Shown piece by piece: positions 55,015 to 64,000 of a stretch of 64,000 nucleotides of DNA. Each line of letters starts with the position of its first letter. Position 1 is the stretch's first letter. Below the pieces are notes generated by a model. The model searched no databases, was not told the origin of the DNA, and saw only the letters and a list, made by a program, of their open reading frames with translations. The stretch covers positions 69,185 through 133,184 of the forward strand of contig JBELBJ010000002.1 of the NCBI GenBank assembly GCA_042095375.1, read 5' to 3'. The position numbers were made by a program, and so were the translations under genes. The DNA is from Marinoscillum sp. (GTDB lineage: Bacteria; Bacteroidota; Bacteroidia; Cytophagales; MED-G16).

Positions 55015-56502
55015 ATGGAAAAGCTTAGAAAATCAATATTAATTGTTATTATTTCTTCATTAATGGGTGGAACATTTGGAGTAGGAAGTTATTATTTTAT
55101 GGCATCCGATGATGTAAGACAATCAAATGAAGCATACAATAAAGAAATAAAATTTACTAATTATGTAGTGGATACAACTGATGTATTAGTTCCTAAAGGC
55201 TTAAACTTTATTAATACCTCTAAAAAAGTTACACCAACAGTTGTTCATATTAGAACAACATATCAGGGAAAAAATTATGTTGGAAGAAGTCCCTTTGAAG
55301 ATATGTTTAGAGATTTTTTTGGAGAAAGATATTCTGAAAGAGAAAGAGAAGCACCAAAACAGAGAGGAACTGGCTCGGGTGTTATATTATCAAAAGATGG
55401 TTACATAGTAACAAACAATCACGTAGTTGATAATGCTGAAGAAATAGAAGTACTACTAAATGATAATAGAACATTTAAGGCAAGTATTGAAGGAACTGAC
55501 CCCACTACAGATCTTGCTGTAATCAAAATAGAAGCATCAGATCTTCCTTTTTCAAGTTTTGGTAATTCAGATAAATTACAAATCGGAGAGTGGGTATTAG
55601 CTATAGGATCACCATTTGAATTTAGATCAACTGTAACCGCTGGAATTGTAAGTGCTAAAGCAAGAAATATAGGAATACTTAGAGATAAAAATAATTTACA
55701 AATAGAATCATTTATTCAACATCAAGCACCAGTAAACCCCGGGAATTCTGGTGGCGCTCTTGTCGATCTAGCAGGAAATCTTGTAGGTATAAATACAGCA
55801 ATAGCAAGTAGAACAGGGAGTTTTACTGGATACTCATTTGCTGTACCTTCTAATTTAGTCAACAAAGTCTATAATGATTTAGTTGAATTTGGTGTTGTAC
55901 AAAGAGCTCTTCTTGGAATTAGCATTCAGGATCTAAATGCTGAAATTGCAAAAGAATATGATATACCTGTGCTATTTGGTGTAAGGATAGCTAGTGTAAA
56001 TGATGAAGGAGGTGCCGATGATGCAGGCTTAGAAGAAGGTGATGTTATTGTTGCCATTAATGATATTGAAGTAAAAAATGTTTCTAATCTTCAGGAAATG
56101 GTTGCGATAAATAGACCTGGAGATAAAATTAAAGTTACATACATAAGAGATGGTAAAACAAGAACTACAATTGCAACTTTAAAAAATACATTAGGAACAA
56201 CAGAAATTATTGCAAATTCAAACAATTTTAAATATGATGGTGCAGTTTTTGCAGATATAAATAAAAAACTAAAAGAGGAACTGGAAATTAATGGTGGCGC
56301 GCAAATAATTGAGATTGAAAAGGGAAAATGGAAATCATCTGGGATTGCAAAAGGATTTGTAGTAACATCAATTAATAAAAAAGAAGTAACAAATGTTGAA
56401 GATTTATCATCTATGCTATCACAATTACCAAAAAATGATGGTGTATTAGTAGAAGGAATATATCCAAATGGTGTAAAAGCTTACTATGGGATAGGATGGT
56501 AA
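55015..56502 (+). CDS. htrA: periplasmic serine endoprotease HtrA/DegP/DegQ family (two PDZ domains)
   Basis: 495 aa with an N-terminal anchor. Catalytic triad context TNNHVV, DLAVIKI and GNSGGALV, plus two PDZ-like segments. Confidence 0.9.
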   Translation: MEKLRKSILIVIISSLMGGTFGVGSYYFMASDDVRQSNEAYNKEIKFTNYVVDTTDVLVPKGLNFINTSKKVTPTVVHIRTTYQGKNYVGRSPFEDMFRDFFGERYSEREREAPKQRGTGSGVILSKDGYIVTNNHVVDNAEEIEVLLNDNRTFKASIEGTDPTTDLAVIKIEASDLPFSSFGNSDKLQIGEWVLAIGSPFEFRSTVTAGIVSAKARNIGILRDKNNLQIESFIQHQAPVNPGNSGGALVDLAGNLVGINTAIASRTGSFTGYSFAVPSNLVNKVYNDLVEFGVVQRALLGISIQDLNAEIAKEYDIPVLFGVRIASVNDEGGADDAGLEEGDVIVAINDIEVKNVSNLQEMVAINRPGDKIKVTYIRDGKTRTTIATLKNTLGTTEIIANSNNFKYDGAVFADINKKLKEELEINGGAQIIEIEKGKWKSSGIAKGFVVTSINKKEVTNVEDLSSMLSQLPKNDGVLVEGIYPNGVKAYYGIGW

Positions 56503-56528
56503 TTATATAATTTTATTTCCAAGAAAAA

Positions 56529-56553
56529 GGCAGATAATATTTCTGCCTTTTTT
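56529..56553 (+). terminator. intrinsic terminator after htrA
   Basis: GGCAGA-TAATATT-TCTGCC hairpin (extendable by AA/TT) followed by T6. Confidence 0.75.
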
Positions 56554-56576
56554 ATTTATAATAACTAATTTTAAAT

Positions 56577-56726
56577 ATGAGAACAGTGATTAGAATCATA
56601 ACTCTTCTATTGTTTTTATCATTTAGCATGAATATAATATCTTGTGGATTTGAAGATTCCTTACCATGCGTAGATGATTGTGAAGAAACTAATGAAGAAG
56701 AGCAAGAAGATGATAAGAATGGATAA
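56577..56726 (+). CDS. candidate 49-aa acidic, Cys-containing mini-lipoprotein (not in track)
   Basis: Hand-translated: MRTVIRIITLLLFLSFSMNIISCGFEDSLPCVDDCEETNEEEQEDDKNG. It has a signal peptide plus lipobox (IISC) and is flanked by terminators on both sides. Confidence 0.45.
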   Translation: MRTVIRIITLLLFLSFSMNIISCGFEDSLPCVDDCEETNEEEQEDDKNG

Positions 56727-56733
56727 AAAAAAA

Positions 56734-56759
56734 CCCTCCTGATTTGAAGGAGGGTTTTT
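56734..56759 (+). terminator. intrinsic terminator after the mini-lipoprotein ORF
   Basis: CCCTCC-TGATTTGAA-GGAGGG followed by T5 and preceded by an A-run. Confidence 0.7.
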
Positions 56760-56852
56760 ACAAACCAAACTAAACTTAAAATATACGAGAGTATATATCA
56801 ATGAAACGATGTTATACCTTATTAGTTCTATTTTAATTGTTAAAAAAGGTTA

Positions 56853-57038
56853 ATGAAAGAAATCGATTTAATTGATGACTGTGGTAGAAGATATAGAATA
56901 AAAAACTTTAAAAAATTTAAAAATCATATTGTAAAATATCATACGGCAAATGGGAAGCCTGACAATAGTCTTCACATTGAAAATGGGAGGAGCTTTACAA
57001 TAACAAATAAATTCTTTGATAAACTAATGAAAATTTAA
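56853..57038 (+). CDS. hypothetical small protein
   Basis: 61-aa ORF with no recognisable motif. Confidence 0.3.
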   Translation: MKEIDLIDDCGRRYRIKNFKKFKNHIVKYHTANGKPDNSLHIENGRSFTITNKFFDKLMKI

Positions 57039-57076
57039 AAAAACCCCCCTTAAAAAAAGAGGGCTTTTAAATTGAA

Positions 57077-57769
57077 TTAATTTACATTGTACTGCTTAAG
57101 AACTCTTGCTGAATGAATATCCAAAACTTCAGAAATATTTCTTACAGAAGAAGAAAAGTTTTGGAATGCATCTGATGCAAAAATTTTATTTCTTCCTGAA
57201 ATCCATTCTGCCATATTTTTTGCTCTAGCTACAACTATATGAGTAACGCCAGTTTCCTGACCCGCAAGAGCTTCGTGTAATTCTAAAGAACCATTATACA
57301 AACTAGCTGTTTCTTCCTTCATTTTTGCAAAAGCAGCTCCATAAAATGCAGGATCCTTTACATTAATTTGAACTAGCACATTAAAACTTAAATCAAAAGC
57401 TGAAGGGTCGGCAATTAGGGATTGACCTAATATAGAAGACTCAATATTCACCTCAGAATCCCAAGTACTCATCAAAACACCTGCTTGTAAATTATTTAAT
57501 TTTTCTCTATTTGACTCTAAAGCTGAAGCGTCAGGAGAAAAAAAGCAAAGACCATGGGTAGCATTGTACTTAGATCCACTATTAGCCATTTCAGAGAGTG
57601 ATGCTGGAGTCATAGATTTACCTGACTCAGTCTGCATAAAATCATCAAGGGCCTTTGTTAAAGCAACTTCATTGTCAACAACTATATTATAACAATTCCA
57701 ATATATCTGTTGAGCATTAGTAAAAGTTGCAATAGTAAAAAATAAAAAAATAAATAAAAGTTTTTTCAT
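57077..57769 (-). CDS. hypothetical secreted protein
   Basis: 230 aa with a signal peptide ending NAQ. Its composition is less Lys/Ile-rich than its neighbours. No motif recognised. Confidence 0.5.
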   Translation of the reverse strand: MKKLLFIFLFFTIATFTNAQQIYWNCYNIVVDNEVALTKALDDFMQTESGKSMTPASLSEMANSGSKYNATHGLCFFSPDASALESNREKLNNLQAGVLMSTWDSEVNIESSILGQSLIADPSAFDLSFNVLVQINVKDPAFYGAAFAKMKEETASLYNGSLELHEALAGQETGVTHIVVARAKNMAEWISGRNKIFASDAFQNFSSSVRNISEVLDIHSARVLKQYNVN

Positions 57770-57856
57770 GATTAAAATAGTTTAAAATTAGAATGCAAAA
57801 ATAATATAAAAGATTCTTAAGAGTCAAATATCAAATAATTTAAGATGAATTTTTGA

Positions 57857-59410
57857 TTAAAAATCAAATTCAATTCCTTGAGCAAGAGGAAGTTCATCGC
57901 TAAAATTTATGGTGTTAGTTTGTCTTCTCATATAAGATTTCCATGAGTCAGAACCGGACTCTCTTCCACCACCAGTATCTTTTTCTCCACCAAAAGCACC
58001 ACCAATTTCCGCTCCTGAAGTGCCAATATTCACATTTGCAATTCCACAATCAGAACCAGATGAAGATAGAAATTTCTCTGATTCAGATAAATCTTTAGTC
58101 ATAATTGAAGATGATAACCCTTGTGGAACATTATTTTGAATATTAATTGCCTCATCTAAATTAGAATATTTTATTAAATATAATATTGGAGCAAAAGTTT
58201 CATCCTGAACAACTGAAAATTCATTTTTAACTTCATATATGGAAGGTTTTACATAACAATTTGATTTATATTCTTTTCCTCTCAACACTCCACCTTTCAC
58301 TACTTCTTTACCACCCTCATACTCTATTTTTTCAATAGCTTTTAGATATAGGTCTACAGCATTTTTATCAATGAGTGGTCCCATATGATTACTTTGATTT
58401 AATGGGTTTCCAATTTTAATCTGTTTATATGCAACTATCAATTGTTTTTTAAACTCATCAAAAATATCTTTATGTATAATTAATCTTCTTGTTGATGTAC
58501 ATCTTTGTCCAGCTGTACCAATTGCACCAAACACAGAAGCTCTAACTGCTATTTTAAGATCAGCTTTATTTGAAATAATTATTGCATTGTTGCCACCGAG
58601 CTCTAATAATACCTTACCTAATCTTTTGCCAACAATTTCTGCTACAATCTTTCCCATTCTAGTTGAACCTGTAGCAGAAATTAAATTAATATTTTTATCT
58701 TTTAACATTTCCTGCCCAATTTTCTTATCTATACAATCAGTAACTAAAGAACAAACTCCCTCATCAATATTATTTTTTTTAAAAACATCAGATATTATTT
58801 TTTGAGATGCAATAGCAGAAAGTGGTGTTTTTTCAGATGGTTTCCAAATACAAACATTTCCACAAACCAAAGCTATCATTGCATTCCAACTCCAAACAGC
58901 AACTGGAAAATTAAATGCAGAAATAATTCCAACAATTCCTAGCGGATGCCACTGCTCATACATTCTATGATTAGGTCTTTCAGAGTGCATTGACAAACCA
59001 TATAACTGTCTTGATAATCCAACAGAGAAATCACATATATCAATCATTTCTTGTACTTCGCCAAGACCCTCCTGTATTGATTTACCCATTTCATATGAAA
59101 CTAATGCTCCAAGAGCATTTTTTTTCTTTCTTAATTCATTACCAATTTGTCTAACTATCTCACCTCTTTTTGGTGCAGGAATTTTTCTCCAATCTTTGAA
59201 TGCTTTTCTAGATGATAAAACTATTTTACTATAATTTTTCTGGTCGGTTTCAAAAACAGATGAAATCAAATTACCATCTACGGGTGAAAACACTTTTCTT
59301 GAAGTAAATGATGATTCAATCCAATTTTTTCCTGATGAGGTACCAGAATTATTTTTTGAAAGATTAAGTTCCTTCAAAATTGAGTTTATATTAATTTCAA
59401 AATCAGACAT
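57857..59410 (-). CDS. alpha-aminoadipic semialdehyde / piperideine-6-carboxylate dehydrogenase (ALDH7 family)
   Basis: 517 aa. Near-colinear with my recollection of ALDH7A1: IPAPKRGEIVRQIG, EVQEMIDICDF, AFNFPVAVWSWN, ELGGNNAII, GTAGQRCT, GSDCGIANVNIGTSGAEIGGAFGGEKDTGGGRESGSDSWKSYMRR. Confidence 0.9.
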   Translation of the reverse strand: MSDFEININSILKELNLSKNNSGTSSGKNWIESSFTSRKVFSPVDGNLISSVFETDQKNYSKIVLSSRKAFKDWRKIPAPKRGEIVRQIGNELRKKKNALGALVSYEMGKSIQEGLGEVQEMIDICDFSVGLSRQLYGLSMHSERPNHRMYEQWHPLGIVGIISAFNFPVAVWSWNAMIALVCGNVCIWKPSEKTPLSAIASQKIISDVFKKNNIDEGVCSLVTDCIDKKIGQEMLKDKNINLISATGSTRMGKIVAEIVGKRLGKVLLELGGNNAIIISNKADLKIAVRASVFGAIGTAGQRCTSTRRLIIHKDIFDEFKKQLIVAYKQIKIGNPLNQSNHMGPLIDKNAVDLYLKAIEKIEYEGGKEVVKGGVLRGKEYKSNCYVKPSIYEVKNEFSVVQDETFAPILYLIKYSNLDEAINIQNNVPQGLSSSIMTKDLSESEKFLSSSGSDCGIANVNIGTSGAEIGGAFGGEKDTGGGRESGSDSWKSYMRRQTNTINFSDELPLAQGIEFDF

Positions 59411-59429
59411 TAGTATTATTATAAATTCT

Positions 59430-61514
59430 CTAATTAAAATCAGAGTCTGATACAGCAGGGTTTAATTGGATTTCTTTTGTATTAAACTCTAACATTTGAG
59501 GACCCATAGGTATTTTAATCAAATAAGGAAAAAGTATTCCATCAACTTCTCTGTAATCTTCATAAATTGTTGCTTGAGGACTCATTTCCCCTTGAGGAGT
59601 AGGAGCCATAGTAACTTGCTTAGTTTTTAGACCTGAATCAGCATCAAAGAATACTGTTGTTTTATCATCTATTTTTAAAACATATTGTTTTAAACCATCC
59701 TCCTCAGAGACAGAACTAAAAGTTACATTTTCATCATCTATCCAGCTCAACTCTTCAAAAGGAAGAGAAGATGAAATTAACTTTTGCTTTTCTTCTTCCG
59801 GAAAAGGTATTTTTTGGCCTTGTTGCATAATATACCCATCCTCACCATTAAATACTTGCTTCATCATAATATTTCCCATCATTAACATCATTACTGACAA
59901 CTTATTTGGTTTTGCTTGAATTGTTACAAGATTTAAAGTCATAGCTCCTCCTTGCAAAACTGCTTCACCCATTGTCATTAATGCATTTACTTTTTCTATT
60001 TTTTCTTTTCCACCTCTTGCTTCAAAATATTTATTTAATATAGACGATTTTGTAATACCTATTGGTTTAGAAAAATCTGGTCTTATAGTTTGTTTACCAT
60101 AAGTATCATAATAAGAGACTTTATAAGGTAATTTTTCAATATTTTGAAGTATTTCAGATCCTTTTCCTACCACTACAACTCTTAAGTTATCCGCTAAGAA
60201 ATATTTATTAGCAACCCTTTTAATATCATTCACAGTTACTTTCTGAAAATTTTCTAAATAAGTTTCATAAAAATTTTGAGGTAAATTAAACTTATCAATA
60301 TTTAAAGCATATCCAGCAATTGTTGATGGTCTTTCAGTAGACATTATGAAATTTCCAACATATTTTTCTTTAACCCCTGCAAGCTCTTCTTCAGTTACAT
60401 TCTCATTTCTAATTTTATTTATTTCTTTTATAATTTCTACAACTGAACTATCCGTAACTTCATTTCTAACACTTGCAGAAGCAGAAAAACTTGATATATA
60501 TCTACTTGTTGATGCGCTAGAATAAGACCCATAAGTAAATCCTTTATCTTCTCTTAAATTCATAAATAATCTAGCCGTAGCGCTACCACCTAAAATTTGA
60601 TTAGCTAGTTTTAAGGCAAAAAAATCAGGATGAGACATTGAAATTTTAATTAAATTATTAACATAAATTTCAGACTGAACTGCATTAGGCATATTAATAA
60701 AATTGACTTCAACTTGATCTAAATCTAGTGATTCCGGTAATTCGGATTCAATAATATTTCCTTTCTTCCATTTATTAAAAAGCTTTGTTACACTCTTTTT
60801 AATTTCTTCAAAGTCGACATCTCCCACTATTATCAAATAAGCATTATTTGGCTTAGCAAATGTTTCATAATAATTCTTTACATCATCAAGACCTATATTA
60901 TTAATAGACTCAATCGTAATAAATTCACCAAAAGGATGTTCTCCCCCGTAAACTAATTTGTCATTTACCCTATCAGCTATATCTTGAACACTCTTCTCGT
61001 AAGATTTAACATTATCAATTAAAATGTTTTTTTCTTTATCAAATTCTTCCTCAGAAAAAGTAGGATTTATTAATCCATCTGCCATCATTTCAAGACCTCT
61101 TGGAAAATATCTCTTCAAAGATGAAACATACCCTCCACTTGCTGATAGCGAGAGAGTTGCTCCCATATAATCTATTTCTTCATTAAAATCATCTTTTGAT
61201 TGATTTTTAGTACCATTTCCCATTAATGAGCTTACTAACGAAGAAACCCCCTTAATTTTACCTTCATAATCAGGCTTATTATCTATTGATAGATTAGCAT
61301 AAGCTCTCGGCAATTTATTATTTTCAACAACAAGAACCTTTATACCATTTTTTAATGTAAAAGTTTGTGGTTTGCCTAAATTTATTACTGGTGCAGGCCC
61401 CGATTTTGGAGGTTTAGATCTATCGATTTGACCATAGGAAACAAAAGAAAAAATTAAAAATAGGATTGAAATTAAATTTTGAATTTTCATAATATTTTTT
61501 TTATTGAGCTTCAT
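59430..61514 (-). CDS. M16-family peptidase, non-catalytic partner subunit with C-terminal extension
   Basis: 694 aa with a signal peptide. M16 fold pattern but no HxxEH motif. Overlaps the upstream catalytic-type M16 gene (ATG at 61490, MKIQ..., is an alternative start). Confidence 0.75.
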   Translation of the reverse strand: MKLNKKNIMKIQNLISILFLIFSFVSYGQIDRSKPPKSGPAPVINLGKPQTFTLKNGIKVLVVENNKLPRAYANLSIDNKPDYEGKIKGVSSLVSSLMGNGTKNQSKDDFNEEIDYMGATLSLSASGGYVSSLKRYFPRGLEMMADGLINPTFSEEEFDKEKNILIDNVKSYEKSVQDIADRVNDKLVYGGEHPFGEFITIESINNIGLDDVKNYYETFAKPNNAYLIIVGDVDFEEIKKSVTKLFNKWKKGNIIESELPESLDLDQVEVNFINMPNAVQSEIYVNNLIKISMSHPDFFALKLANQILGGSATARLFMNLREDKGFTYGSYSSASTSRYISSFSASASVRNEVTDSSVVEIIKEINKIRNENVTEEELAGVKEKYVGNFIMSTERPSTIAGYALNIDKFNLPQNFYETYLENFQKVTVNDIKRVANKYFLADNLRVVVVGKGSEILQNIEKLPYKVSYYDTYGKQTIRPDFSKPIGITKSSILNKYFEARGGKEKIEKVNALMTMGEAVLQGGAMTLNLVTIQAKPNKLSVMMLMMGNIMMKQVFNGEDGYIMQQGQKIPFPEEEKQKLISSSLPFEELSWIDDENVTFSSVSEEDGLKQYVLKIDDKTTVFFDADSGLKTKQVTMAPTPQGEMSPQATIYEDYREVDGILFPYLIKIPMGPQMLEFNTKEIQLNPAVSDSDFN

Positions 61515-62820
61515 CTTTTTTTGGTAAATAATCTATGATAGCTCTCTGATTTTTTTTCAAATATTTTCTTGCTACATCTCTTATCTCCTCTTTAGTGATT
61601 GATTTATAAATATCAATTTGATCATTAATTAAATTTGTATTCCCGTAAAGCATATAATACCTAGCTAATGAATTTGCTACACCTGCCATAGAAGCATTTG
61701 AACTTACAAAGTTATTTTCAAAAATATTTTGAAGTTTACCATACTCTCTGTCTGAAATAAGTTCATTTTGTAATTTAACCACCTCCTCTTCAATATTAAC
61801 CAATAAATCATCTAACGAATTTTCTCCCAAAGGAAGAGACAAAATTACATACCCACCATAATCTTCCAAACCCAAATTAACAGCTTGAACTTGCAATGAA
61901 ATCTTTTTTTCATCTACCATTTTTTTATATAATCTTGAACTTTTTCCATCACTAAGTATTGTAGATATCATATCTAAAACATACGCATCTCTACTTTTCA
62001 TTGATGGAGTTCTATAACAAACCAATACCATAGGTATTTGAATGTTAGCATCAAAAAATTCTTTTCTAGTTTCTTCAGTTATAGGATCCTCTTTTATATT
62101 TATTCTTGGAACATCATTACCTCTTGGTATTGGTCCAAAATAATCCTCTACCATTTTTTTTGTTTCATCAATTTCAAAATTTCCAGCTACAACCAATACA
62201 CCATTATTAGGAACATAAAATTTCTTATTGAACTCCTGAAATTCTTCCAATGTAGCCGCATCTAAATGATCCATAGAACCAATAGTAGTCCATCTATAAG
62301 GGTGTTTTTTAAATAAACTAAGAAGTATTTGTTCAAATAAGTGACCGTATGGACTATTATCAACTCCTAATCTTTTCTCTTCTTTAACTACCTCATTTTG
62401 AGTTTCAACACCTTTTTCATCAATAACTGGATGCATCAATCTTTCTGACTCTAGCCACAAACCCAATTCAAGTTTATTTGAAGGAAAAAACTCATAATAA
62501 TATGTTCTATCATTACTAGTATTAGCATTTAATGAACCACCATTTCTTTCAACAATTTTCATAAATTCTCCTTTAGGAATATTTTTGGTGCCTTCAAATA
62601 AAAGATGTTCAAAAAAATGAGCAAAACCTGTTCTTTCAGGATCTTCATCTTTTGCTCCAACATGGTACATAACTGATGTGACAACTAGAGGAACACTAGC
62701 ATCTCTATGAAGAATAACATGCATTCCATTATCTAAATCATACTCTATAAAATCAATTTCTTGTGAAAATAAAAAGTTTTGGGATAATACGAATAGAACT
62801 ATAATAATAATATTTTTCAT
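61501..62820 (-). CDS. M16-family (pitrilysin/insulinase) zinc peptidase
   Basis: 439 aa with a signal peptide. HFFEHLLFEG inverted zinc motif (HxxEH). Confidence 0.85.
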   Translation of the reverse strand: MKNIIIIVLFVLSQNFLFSQEIDFIEYDLDNGMHVILHRDASVPLVVTSVMYHVGAKDEDPERTGFAHFFEHLLFEGTKNIPKGEFMKIVERNGGSLNANTSNDRTYYYEFFPSNKLELGLWLESERLMHPVIDEKGVETQNEVVKEEKRLGVDNSPYGHLFEQILLSLFKKHPYRWTTIGSMDHLDAATLEEFQEFNKKFYVPNNGVLVVAGNFEIDETKKMVEDYFGPIPRGNDVPRINIKEDPITEETRKEFFDANIQIPMVLVCYRTPSMKSRDAYVLDMISTILSDGKSSRLYKKMVDEKKISLQVQAVNLGLEDYGGYVILSLPLGENSLDDLLVNIEEEVVKLQNELISDREYGKLQNIFENNFVSSNASMAGVANSLARYYMLYGNTNLINDQIDIYKSITKEEIRDVARKYLKKNQRAIIDYLPKKDEAQ

Positions 62821-62892
62821 TTTTAGATATTTAAAGGATTACAAGGATAAAAAAAATATATATAAAATCCATCCTATCTTGAATATAGTTTG

Positions 62893-63159
62893 CTAATAAA
62901 AAATCGTATAAATAAGTATAAGAACAATATAAACTAAAAGATAAAACCGATAGATATTTCTTTGCTTTAAATAATTTTTATTATCTGGATATATATTAAA
63001 AAAAAGTGCTTTTAACTCTTTAACAAAAACTGGTTTAATATTAATTTTCCAATCATCTGTTTGGTATACTATTTTTCTGAAGTTACTTCTAAAATAGGTG
63101 CTAGGAATACCCCACAAAAATAATAATATAAATAGGTAATTTTGAATTAGAAATTCCAT
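62893..63159 (-). CDS. hypothetical membrane protein
   Basis: 88 aa with two hydrophobic helices. Confidence 0.35.
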   Translation of the reverse strand: MEFLIQNYLFILLFLWGIPSTYFRSNFRKIVYQTDDWKINIKPVFVKELKALFFNIYPDNKNYLKQRNIYRFYLLVYIVLILIYTIFY

Positions 63160-63205
63160 TTCAACAACAAATTATAAAATGATTTTTTAATTTAGCAAAA
63201 TAATT

Positions 63206-63529
63206 ATGAACTCATTTTATAAAAACATTTTATTTTTTCAATGTATTTTACTTTTATTACTCAGCTGCGAAGAGAAAAAAAAAGTATGTTGGGATATAAT
63301 GTCATGTGTTGAAGATGCTAGGACTGCTGTAAGAAAATCTGGAAATGTATTACCTCCTGATGGTATAATTCATTTAAAAGATAGAATCTTTTTTTTGAGC
63401 TACTTTGACAGAAAAACTATAAAAATAATTGATAAATATATTGAATTAAACTGCAGATGTGATGTTATATATTTCGGAGATAAAAACCCATCAGTTAAAA
63501 AAAAAATAGATTTTCCAAACTATAAATAA
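63206..63529 (+). CDS. hypothetical lipoprotein
   Basis: 107 aa with signal plus lipobox (LLLSC). Confidence 0.35.
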   Translation: MNSFYKNILFFQCILLLLLSCEEKKKVCWDIMSCVEDARTAVRKSGNVLPPDGIIHLKDRIFFLSYFDRKTIKIIDKYIELNCRCDVIYFGDKNPSVKKKIDFPNYK

Positions 63530-63531
63530 AT

Positions 63532-64000
63532 TTATTTTTTATACCCAGGACCTTTTATAAAACGTCCAGGTAAAGCACCTGTATGCTCACCGTCTTCAAG
63601 TACTTGTGTGCCATTTACAAAAACATGAACTACACCAGTACTAAATTGATGAGAATTTGAAAAAGTTGAATAATCTATTATCTTATCTTTGTCAAAAATT
63701 ACAATATCTGCATAATATCCTTTTTTTAATAATCCTCTTTTTTTAATTTTCAATGTCTTTGCAGGGTTTAATGTTAATTTTTTTATTGCTTCTTCTAAAG
63801 AAATGACTTTCTCTTCTCTTACATATTTTCCTAATAACCTTGCAAAATTTCCATAAGCTCTCGGATGTGTATTAGATTCTAAAAATTTTCCTTCAGGTGT
63901 CATTGAACCTGCATCTGAACCAAACCTCATCCATGGTAAGGCAATTTTTTTCTTTATATTTTCCTCTGACATAATAAAATAAACAGTTCCTACCCTACTT
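63532..64000 (-). CDS. N-acyl-D-amino-acid deacylase (D-aminoacylase) family amidohydrolase, C-terminal part (gene runs off the right edge)
   Basis: The track begins at an internal Met (63972). I checked that the frame stays open to the window edge (..SRVGTVYFIMSEEN..). PWMRFGSDAGS and HPRAYGNFARLLGKYVREEKVISLEEAIKKLT are typical of the D-aminoacylase C-terminus. Confidence 0.75.
   Translation of the reverse strand, partial: SRVGTVYFIMSEENIKKKIALPWMRFGSDAGSMTPEGKFLESNTHPRAYGNFARLLGKYVREEKVISLEEAIKKLTLNPAKTLKIKKRGLLKKGYYADIVIFDKDKIIDYSTFSNSHQFSTGVVHVFVNGTQVLEDGEHTGALPGRFIKGPGYKK

Noticed and set aside
57039-57076. Bidirectional terminator between convergent genes (AAAAAAACCCCCCTTAAAAAAAGAGGGCTTTT).
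   Set aside because: Only a 4-bp stem (CCCT/AGGG) can be drawn with confidence, which is too weak to call even though the location is suitable.
52882-59410. Possible lysine-catabolism link between the 'saccharopine dehydrogenase' gene and the ALDH7-type aminoadipate-semialdehyde dehydrogenase.
   Set aside because: The 400-aa protein looks like the SCCPDH / trans-acting-reductase-like branch rather than genuine LYS1/LYS9 enzymes. The genes are 3.8 kb apart, separated by a tRNA, hsp20 and htrA, with terminators between them.
4698-62265. About 26 short ORFs (61-113 aa) in the supplied track lie inside, and mostly antisense to, longer well-supported genes. Examples: 4698-4889, 13924-14163, 14581-14883, 21720-21911, 22341-22592, 23089-23343, 23563-23775, 24858-25049, 25000-25206, 25118-25354, 27519-27800, 34013-34231, 38408-38647, 40909-41163, 43091-43285, 43577-43822, 47039-47266, 47303-47515, 50963-51151, 51275-51460, 52326-52511, 54472-54699, 58587-58805, 62038-62265.
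   Set aside because: Each is fully nested in a gene whose product has clear family motifs. Their translations are low-complexity or shadow-frame-like (Ser/Pro/Phe/Ile-rich) with no motifs. Open antisense frames are expected in AT-rich coding DNA.

Overview
This is a very AT-rich (by eye about 30% GC, not computed) and extremely gene-dense chromosomal segment. By my tally of ORF coordinates, only about 2.3 kb of 64 kb lies outside called genes. The content points to a streamlined marine Bacteroidota/Flavobacteriia genome: signal peptides ending ..FSQ/..AQ, a TonB-dependent receptor with a CarboxypepD_reg-like N-terminus, exported FGE-fold and BNR/Asp-box proteins, and many secreted peptidases (M20, S58/P1, S9, S10, M24, an M16 pair, HtrA). 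I call about 60 protein genes, 2 tRNAs (Arg-CCU, Asn-GUU) and several clean intrinsic terminators. I see no rRNA, CRISPR, transposase, integrase or phage genes. The largest unit is a roughly 10 kb, 9-gene, overlap-coupled operon (21.5-31.4 kb) for myo-inositol catabolism (iolA-B-C-D-E-G plus a Na+ symporter), led by a DmpA-type aminopeptidase. It is followed by a second inositol dehydrogenase and a transaminase / SSS transporter / Tat-amidohydrolase / BNR module. The most unusual items are: (i) a single 501-aa ORF fusing a Zn-dependent homocysteine S-methyltransferase domain to an AlkA-type HhH-GPD DNA glycosylase, ATGA-coupled to an MGME1-like PD-(D/E)XK nuclease (44.1-46.4 kb), which is a candidate undescribed alkylation-damage / methyl-donor module; (ii) two copies of a palindromic operator-like site 40 bp apart upstream of hsp20; (iii) a small secreted protein built from six Y-x-SQ(A/S)D repeats; (iv) a Tat-exported Gfo/Idh/MocA plus TIM-barrel pair next to an FGE-fold protein. 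All functional calls rest on motif recognition by eye, and none has been verified by a database search.
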